This document shows positions 54,512 to 60,130 of a stretch of DNA of 60,130 nt, piece by piece. Origin of the DNA: an uncultured Chromatiales bacterium (GTDB lineage: Bacteria; Bacteroidota; Ignavibacteria; SZUA-365); the NCBI GenBank assembly GCA_964635845.1, contig CAZWNO010000001.1, forward strand, positions 28,623 through 88,752. The letters are read 5' to 3'. Made by a program: the position numbers and the translations under genes. The notes under the pieces were generated by a model. It saw nothing but the letters and a program-made list of their open reading frames with translations. It was not told where the DNA came from and ran no database searches. The number at the start of each line of letters is the position of its first letter. The first letter of the stretch is position 1.

Positions 54512-56023
54512 ATGGAACAAGGACAGACCGAAGACCTCAACGACCTCATGCGCCGCCGGCGCGAGGAGTACGACGAGTTGCTCGAGCGGGGCGTGCAGCC
54601 CTACGCGTATGAATATCCGGTGAGCGCCGAAGCGGACGAGATACTCGCGAACTTCGCAGACGATGCGCCTCAGCGCAGCGTGGCAGTCGCGGGACGCATC
54701 ATGACATTCCGGCGCATGGGCAAGGCGACCTTCGCCCATATCATGGACCATACCGGCAAGATCCAGATCTACGTGAAGCGCGACGATGTCGGCGAGGAAA
54801 CCTACGATGCGGTCAAGCTGCTCGACATCGGCGACATCGTCGGCGTGAGCGGCTACGTGTTCCGCACGCGCACGGGCGAGGTGTCGGTGCATGCGCAGTC
54901 GCTGACGCTGCTGGCCAAGTCGCTGCGTCCGCTGCCGGTGCCGAAGGAGAAGACCGACGAGCTGGGCAACAAGGTCGTGTTCGATCAGTTCACGGACAAG
55001 GAACTCCGCTATCGGAAGCGCCCGCTCGATCTCATCCTCAATCCCGCGGTGAAGGAGACTTTCGTCAAGCGCTCGCAGCTCATCCGCGCGATGAGGCAGT
55101 ATCTCGACAACCGCGGCTACATCGAAGTCGAGACGCCCGTGCTGCAGCCGCTCTACGGCGGCGCCGCCGCGCGTCCCTTCGTCACGCATCACAACGCGCT
55201 CGACATCCCGCTGTACCTGCGCATCGCCGACGAACTCTACCTCAAGCGCCTGATCGTCGGCGGCTTTCACGGTGTCTACGAGATCAGCAAGGATTTCCGC
55301 AACGAGGGCATGGACCGCAGCCACAATCCGGAATTCACCATGATGGAGCTGTACGTCGCGTACAAGGACTACCGCTGGATGATGGAGCTGGTGGAAGAGA
55401 TGCTCTCCGCGATCAATCATGCCGTCAACGGGGGCGCGATTGCATCGGTGGGCGGACAGGAGATCGATTTCACGCCGCCCTTCCGGCGGCTGAGCATGTT
55501 CGATTCGATCGCGGAGCAAACGGGCGAACAGCTGCGCGGTCTCGACGAGGCGGGTCTCCGCGCCGCCGCGCGCCGGCTCGGCGTGCATCTCGAGGACAGC
55601 GCGGGTCCGGGCAGGATCATCGATGAAATATTTTCCGAACGGGTCGAGGACAAGCTCATCCAGCCGACCTTCATCACCGATTACCCGCTCGAACTGTCGC
55701 CGCTCGCGAAGAAGCACCGCACGGAGTCGGGACTGGTCGAACGTTTCGAACTGTACATCAACGGCCAGGAGATTGCCAACGCGTTCTCCGAACTCAACGA
55801 TCCGATCGATCAGAAGGAGCGTTTCCTCGAGCAGGCGGCGCTGCGCGCGCGAGGCGACGACGAGGCGATGAGCTTCGACGAGGATTATATCGAGACGCTG
55901 GAATACGGCATGCCGCCGACGGCGGGACTCGGCATCGGCATCGACCGCCTGACCATGCTGCTGACCGGCGCGGAATCGATTCGCGACGTGATCCTATTCC
56001 CGACCATGCGCCCGGAAAAATAA
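54512..56023 (+). CDS. lysS: lysine-tRNA ligase (class II)
   Basis: The internal ATG gives [24 protein letters not shown]. An OB-fold ([19 protein letters not shown]), motif 2 ([20 protein letters not shown]) and motif 3 ([13 protein letters not shown]) are present. Confidence 0.95.
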   Translation: MEQGQTEDLNDLMRRRREEYDELLERGVQPYAYEYPVSAEADEILANFADDAPQRSVAVAGRIMTFRRMGKATFAHIMDHTGKIQIYVKRDDVGEETYDAVKLLDIGDIVGVSGYVFRTRTGEVSVHAQSLTLLAKSLRPLPVPKEKTDELGNKVVFDQFTDKELRYRKRPLDLILNPAVKETFVKRSQLIRAMRQYLDNRGYIEVETPVLQPLYGGAAARPFVTHHNALDIPLYLRIADELYLKRLIVGGFHGVYEISKDFRNEGMDRSHNPEFTMMELYVAYKDYRWMMELVEEMLSAINHAVNGGAIASVGGQEIDFTPPFRRLSMFDSIAEQTGEQLRGLDEAGLRAAARRLGVHLEDSAGPGRIIDEIFSERVEDKLIQPTFITDYPLELSPLAKKHRTESGLVERFELYINGQEIANAFSELNDPIDQKERFLEQAALRARGDDEAMSFDEDYIETLEYGMPPTAGLGIGIDRLTMLLTGAESIRDVILFPTMRPEK

Positions 56024-56032
56024 ACGAGATTT

Positions 56033-58297
56033 ATGTCGTTTTTAAATAAACTCAATTCCGTCCAGCGCGAGGCTGTGCAGACGGTCGACGGTCCCGTGAT
56101 GATCGTGGCGGGCGCGGGCAGCGGCAAGACGCGGGTGCTCACCTACCGCATCGCCTGGCTGCTGCAGCAGGGCGTACCGGCGCACAACATCCTCGCGCTC
56201 ACCTTCACCAACAAGGCGGCGCGCGAGATGCGCGCCCGCATCGAGGCGGTGGTGCCGGGCGAGGCGGCGCAGCGCATCTGGATGGGGACCTTTCATTCGA
56301 CCTTCGCCCGGCTCATGCGGCGCGATGCGGAGCGGCTCGGTTTCCACCGCAATTTCTCGATCTACGACACCGAGGATTCCCTAGGCGTGATCAGGACCAT
56401 CATGGGCGACCTTAACATCAACGCCCAGCAGGTCTCGCCGACGGCCGTGCGGCACGCGATCAGCAGCGCGAAGAACCGGATGATGAGTCCGGCCGACCTC
56501 GCGAACAAGGCCTTCGACGTGTTCGAGCGGAAAGTGTCCGAGGTGTTCGCCGAGTACGTCAAGCGTCTCCACGCATCGAACGCCATGGACTTCGACGACC
56601 TGATCCTGCATCCGATCCGGCTGTTCGACGAGCATCCCGAGGTGCTCGCGAAGTACCAGCAGCAGTTCCGCTACATCCTCATCGACGAGTATCAGGACAC
56701 CAACCAGGCGCAGTACCAGATCGTGCGCCGCCTGGCCGAGGCGCAGCGCAACATCTGCGTCGTGGGCGACGACGCGCAGAGCATCTACGCATTCCGCGGC
56801 GCGGACATCCGCAACATCCTCGACTTCGAGAAGCATTTCGGCGATGCGCGGGTCTTCCGTCTCGAGCAGAACTACCGTTCGACCAAGAGCATTCTCGCCG
56901 GAGCGGATTCGGTGATCAAGCACAACAGGAAGCAGATCCCGAAGACGCTGTGGACCGACAATGCCGCGGGCGATCCGATCACCGTGCTCGAAACCGCGGA
57001 CGAAGGCGAGGAAGCGCACAAGATCGTCATCTGCATGCAGGACGAGGCGCATCGCCGCAAGCTGCAGCTCAACGATTTCGCCATCCTCTACCGGACCAAC
57101 GCGCAGAGCCGCGCCGTCGAGGACGCGATGCGGCGCAGCGGTATTCCCTACACCATCGTGGGGGGCGTGGAGTTCTACCGCCGCAAGGAAATCAAGGACA
57201 TTCTCGCCTACCTGCGGCTCATCGTCAATCCCGAGGACGACGAGGCCGCGCTGCGCGTGATCAACTATCCCACGCGCGGCATCGGACAGACCTCGATAGC
57301 GCGCATGCGCAGCTTCGCCGCCGATGAGGGCGTCTCGTTCTTCGAAGCCGCGATCAACGTCGCGCGCGCTCCGGGCATGACCGGCGCCGCCGTCAGACGC
57401 GTCGAGGAATTCGTGCGGATGATCCAGAAGTACGCATCCCTGCGGCGGGAGATCTCCGCGGGTGAACTCGTCGGTTCGCTCATCGACGAACTCGGCATCG
57501 TCGCGGCATTCAAGAACGAAGGCACGATGGAAGCGCGCACACGCATCGACAACGTGCAGGAATTGCTGTCCGCCATCTCCGATTTCGTCACCGATGACGG
57601 GCTGAGCACGCTCGAAGCCTTTCTCGAACAGGCATCGCTGGTCGCCGACGTGGACAGTTACGACGAAAGCCGCAACGCCGTCACGCTCATGACGCTGCAT
57701 GCCGCGAAGGGGCTCGAATTCCCGGTCATCTTTCTGGTGGGAATGGAGGAAGGGCTGTTCCCCTCGTCGATGGCGATCGAACGGGACGAAGTGGAGGAGG
57801 AGCGCCGCCTCTGCTATGTCGGCATGACGCGCGCGATGCAGAAGCTCTACATGACCCATGCGCGCTCCCGTCTTCGCTGGGGCGAGCGGCTCGAGCAGGT
57901 CGCCTCGCGCTTCCTCGACGAGATCGATCCCGCGGTCGTGCAGCGCGACAGCACGCGCCGGCGGCCCGCGGTCAGCGGCGCATTCAGCGGAGCCTCCACC
58001 GGCGGCAACGGGAAGCCGCAGGGTGCGCGTGCGCACCATGCGCGCGCGCAGCACGCGCCAGAGCACGGCGCGAAGAAGCCGAAGCATTCCGAATACAGCC
58101 AGCTCGCGGGCGGCGAATCCTACTCCCAGGTCGACGGCGAGATCGCGATCGGCGCGACCGTCATCCATGCCACCTTCGGCCGGGGCAAGCTGCTCTCCGT
58201 CTCGGGCGCGGGCGACATGGCGCGCGGCGTCGTGCTCTTCGACTCCGTCGGAAGAAAAACCCTCGTGCTGAAATACGCGGGACTCAAGCCGGTCTGA
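56033..58297 (+). CDS. pcrA: ATP-dependent DNA helicase PcrA/UvrD
   Basis: LNSVQREAVQTVDGPVMIVAGAGSGKTRVLTYRIA, DEYQDTNQAQY, TLHAAKGLEFPVIFL and VGMTRAM are present. The C-terminal Tudor-like block is GATVIHATFGRGKLL. Confidence 0.92.
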   Translation: MSFLNKLNSVQREAVQTVDGPVMIVAGAGSGKTRVLTYRIAWLLQQGVPAHNILALTFTNKAAREMRARIEAVVPGEAAQRIWMGTFHSTFARLMRRDAERLGFHRNFSIYDTEDSLGVIRTIMGDLNINAQQVSPTAVRHAISSAKNRMMSPADLANKAFDVFERKVSEVFAEYVKRLHASNAMDFDDLILHPIRLFDEHPEVLAKYQQQFRYILIDEYQDTNQAQYQIVRRLAEAQRNICVVGDDAQSIYAFRGADIRNILDFEKHFGDARVFRLEQNYRSTKSILAGADSVIKHNRKQIPKTLWTDNAAGDPITVLETADEGEEAHKIVICMQDEAHRRKLQLNDFAILYRTNAQSRAVEDAMRRSGIPYTIVGGVEFYRRKEIKDILAYLRLIVNPEDDEAALRVINYPTRGIGQTSIARMRSFAADEGVSFFEAAINVARAPGMTGAAVRRVEEFVRMIQKYASLRREISAGELVGSLIDELGIVAAFKNEGTMEARTRIDNVQELLSAISDFVTDDGLSTLEAFLEQASLVADVDSYDESRNAVTLMTLHAAKGLEFPVIFLVGMEEGLFPSSMAIERDEVEEERRLCYVGMTRAMQKLYMTHARSRLRWGERLEQVASRFLDEIDPAVVQRDSTRRRPAVSGAFSGASTGGNGKPQGARAHHARAQHAPEHGAKKPKHSEYSQLAGGESYSQVDGEIAIGATVIHATFGRGKLLSVSGAGDMARGVVLFDSVGRKTLVLKYAGLKPV

Positions 58298-58348
58298 AGA
58301 CATGCACGACGCATCCGGGCACTTCGATATCCAGACGAAAGTACGACC

Positions 58349-60052
58349 ATGCTTCCGAATGGCATCCTTGGCATAGTAAGCGGACGCGCCTCCGAGATCG
58401 AGCGATTTCTCGAATCACATCGGGCACTGGCCCAGACGGGACAGCGGCTCCGCTCCGAACGCAATCATGCGGAGAGTGGCATGCTTGCATGCACGGTCTC
58501 CGGAGAATCGGAAGGAAACACTTCGTTTTCGCGAAGCCAGGACAACGCGCGTATCGGCGTGTTCGACGGCGTGAACTTCGATGAGTGGGACATCGAGCGT
58601 GAACCACATCTGCTGTCCGAGCGAAATACGCTCGATGTCCGTCGTTCCGCCAACGGCCAGTTCCTCGTCGCGGCCGTGGGGGAACATGGACTCGACCTGC
58701 TGACCGATCCGTGGGGCACGCTGCCTGTATACGTCTTCGTGGATCGCGATTCCGTCGCCTTCTCCGTCAGTCTTGACGCGCTGCGTCGGTGCTTTATTAA
58801 GGATCATGATGTCCTGAACACAGAGGGGGTGGCCCAGCTGTTCGCGTTCGGCACCACCCTTGACGGACAGACGGTGTACCCCGGCATCCGCCGGCTGGGC
58901 AGAGCGATGCTCTACCGTGCCCGGCGGTCCCCCTCCGGTTGGGAAGTCTCGGAAGAGGAGTATTTCAGGCCTGAAGTGGAACCGTCGGAATACCGCGGCA
59001 TCGATGCCGACGTCGTCGACAGCTTCCGGACGGCGGTGCGCAAGCTGTTGCGGAAATCCGGCGGAGACCTCTTCTGCACGCTCACCGGAGGACTCGACAG
59101 CCGGACCATCGCGGCGGTGCTGTCCGCCGAGGGAGCGGACACCCCATTGGTGACGCATGCCGTGCGTGAAGGACACGATCTCCGGATCGCACGGGAGGTG
59201 GCGGCCGGAATGCGCCGCACGCACACCACCGTATGGCTGCCCGCGTCACTGCCCCTCGACGGGCGGGCGAACGCGTTCTGCGGTGGGAGCAACGGAGCGC
59301 TCGCCTTTAACAACTATCACGTCATGTGGGCTTTCGCGGAATATGCAGCGCTGGCGCGATTCGAGATGGACGGTGTGCATACGTCCATCGAAGGACGCTG
59401 GTTCATGCGCAATGACGCGACGACGGCGCGAAGCCGCGCGTCGTTCCTCGAGCGCGTGTTCCGGCGCCTCCTGCGGCCGGAACTGCTGCGGCTCGCAGAG
59501 GATCCCGGACAATGTGCGAAGGATGCGAGGGACGTTCTTTCCCGGCTCGTGCCGGACCCGAAGGATTTCGCCTCGCCGGGCTGCTGCGCGGATGTGTTCA
59601 ATGTCTGTTCGGTTCTTCCCAACCATGGAACGGATGGCGCCCTGCTTCAGAATCACTACGTGCGGTTCATCTCGCCGTATTACGATCGCGACTATGTTTC
59701 CGTCGTGTCGCGGGTGGCGGAACACAGGCGATGGATGCAGCATCCGCAGAGGACGATAATCCGTACATTTGCTCCATCATTGTTGCGCATCGCGCGTGCC
59801 TATTCGGACGTGCGAACGTGGCCGCTCGACAATCCCCTTCTCCTGCGCGTACCGGTGGCCCTCGAACGTGCGTATCGCAAGGTGGTCCTCCCGCATTTCC
59901 CCGGCCTGTTCCAGAGACGTTCCCGCCATTCATCGACGCTGGGATACACGTTCCATACGGCCGCTGATCCGGGCGAAGTCCGGGTCAATTCCTGCCCGCC
60001 GAATTCCCTCGCCCACCTGACATTTCCCTCCGATATTCGTAGCTTAGCGTGA
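58349..60052 (+). CDS. asparagine-synthetase-family (AsnB-like) protein lacking the N-terminal Cys nucleophile
   Basis: The N-terminus MLPNGILGIVSG aligns with the canonical MCGI(A/L)GI but has Asn in place of Cys. The PP-loop is CTLTGGLDSRTIAA (SGGxDS type). Confidence 0.75.
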   Translation: MLPNGILGIVSGRASEIERFLESHRALAQTGQRLRSERNHAESGMLACTVSGESEGNTSFSRSQDNARIGVFDGVNFDEWDIEREPHLLSERNTLDVRRSANGQFLVAAVGEHGLDLLTDPWGTLPVYVFVDRDSVAFSVSLDALRRCFIKDHDVLNTEGVAQLFAFGTTLDGQTVYPGIRRLGRAMLYRARRSPSGWEVSEEEYFRPEVEPSEYRGIDADVVDSFRTAVRKLLRKSGGDLFCTLTGGLDSRTIAAVLSAEGADTPLVTHAVREGHDLRIAREVAAGMRRTHTTVWLPASLPLDGRANAFCGGSNGALAFNNYHVMWAFAEYAALARFEMDGVHTSIEGRWFMRNDATTARSRASFLERVFRRLLRPELLRLAEDPGQCAKDARDVLSRLVPDPKDFASPGCCADVFNVCSVLPNHGTDGALLQNHYVRFISPYYDRDYVSVVSRVAEHRRWMQHPQRTIIRTFAPSLLRIARAYSDVRTWPLDNPLLLRVPVALERAYRKVVLPHFPGLFQRRSRHSSTLGYTFHTAADPGEVRVNSCPPNSLAHLTFPSDIRSLA

Positions 60053-60130
60053 TGCAATCTGTCACCACCGATCGGAGAAGACGAAAATGGTAATCGTGAA
60101 AGCCACCCGCGCGGCGGTGGACGACTTCGT

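Noticed and set aside
54470-58303. 415-aa and 640-aa ORFs on the - strand (54470-55717 and 56381-58303)
   Set aside because: They are antisense shadows of lysS and pcrA, both identified by canonical motifs on the + strand.
58302-58376. 24-aa ORF (MHDASGHFDIQTKVRPCFRMASLA) just upstream of and overlapping the AsnB-like gene, as a possible lasso or RiPP precursor
   Set aside because: There is no Shine-Dalgarno site, and the ORF overlaps the AsnB-like start. There is no plausible core with an N-terminal G/A/S/C and an Asp/Glu at position 7-9 after a Thr at -2. It is too short to distinguish from chance.
60087-60130. ORF start (MVIVKATRAAVDDF..) at the window end
   Set aside because: Only 14 codons are visible, which is not enough to call a gene or a family. 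It is mentioned only as context for the AsnB-like gene.

Overview
This is a visibly GC-rich, densely coding bacterial chromosomal segment of about 50 genes, and almost all of it is core metabolism and cell-envelope functions. By eye it looks like the FCB superphylum (Bacteroidota / Ignavibacteriota / Rhodothermota-like). The reasons are five proteins with T9SS C-terminal sorting domains, an rplM-rpsI-rpsB-tsf-pyrH-frr arrangement, and recurring TTGnnn-17-TAnnTT promoter-like boxes. Clear Shine-Dalgarno sites are also present. In order, the window contains:
- a response-regulator 3' fragment
- a secreted LTD protein, a SpoIID/LytB protein and glgA
- a lipoprotein, a PorV-like barrel and a TPR protein
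- rpiB, a Yip1 protein and a 13-repeat BNR/Ycf48-like T9SS cargo
- a complete menaquinone operon, menF-menD::menH(fused)-menB-menA-menC-menE, facing menG/ubiE and a class I-beta DAHP synthase
- an SDR, crcB with a DUF190 gene, and a class-V aminotransferase
- the ribosomal/translation cluster
- a membrane Fe-S (HdrD/DsrMK-like) oxidoreductase with a coupled lipoprotein
- an Omp28-like T9SS cargo, TraB/GumN, RlpA-SPOR, a GH76-like protein and a YdjM-like hydrolase
- a SAM methyltransferase, a 754-aa amidase and spmA/spmB-like genes
- a solitary RAYT-like HUH protein, a DUF3788 protein, purC and tRNA-Arg(ACG)
- a 1380-aa T9SS cargo followed by an FG-GAP T9SS cargo
- lysS, pcrA and an asparagine-synthetase-like protein that lacks the Cys nucleophile

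I found no rRNA, CRISPR array, prophage, integrase or recognisable defence-gene cassette, and no convincing multi-gene novel system. The most unusual signals are non-coding or micro-structural:
- Three intergenic spacers are built almost entirely of phased 7-8 nt tandem repeats. They resemble cyanobacterial STRR repeats, and two arrays share a GATGGAA core.
- An 11-nt poly-C tract sits directly after the signal peptide of the 1380-aa T9SS cargo, which makes it a candidate slipped-strand phase-variation switch.
- Several in-frame micro/minisatellites occur inside genes (the menC tail and the DUF3788 N-terminus).
- The RAYT-like protein appears to have Phe at the position of the catalytic Tyr.

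All family assignments come from motif recognition by eye. No searches were run.
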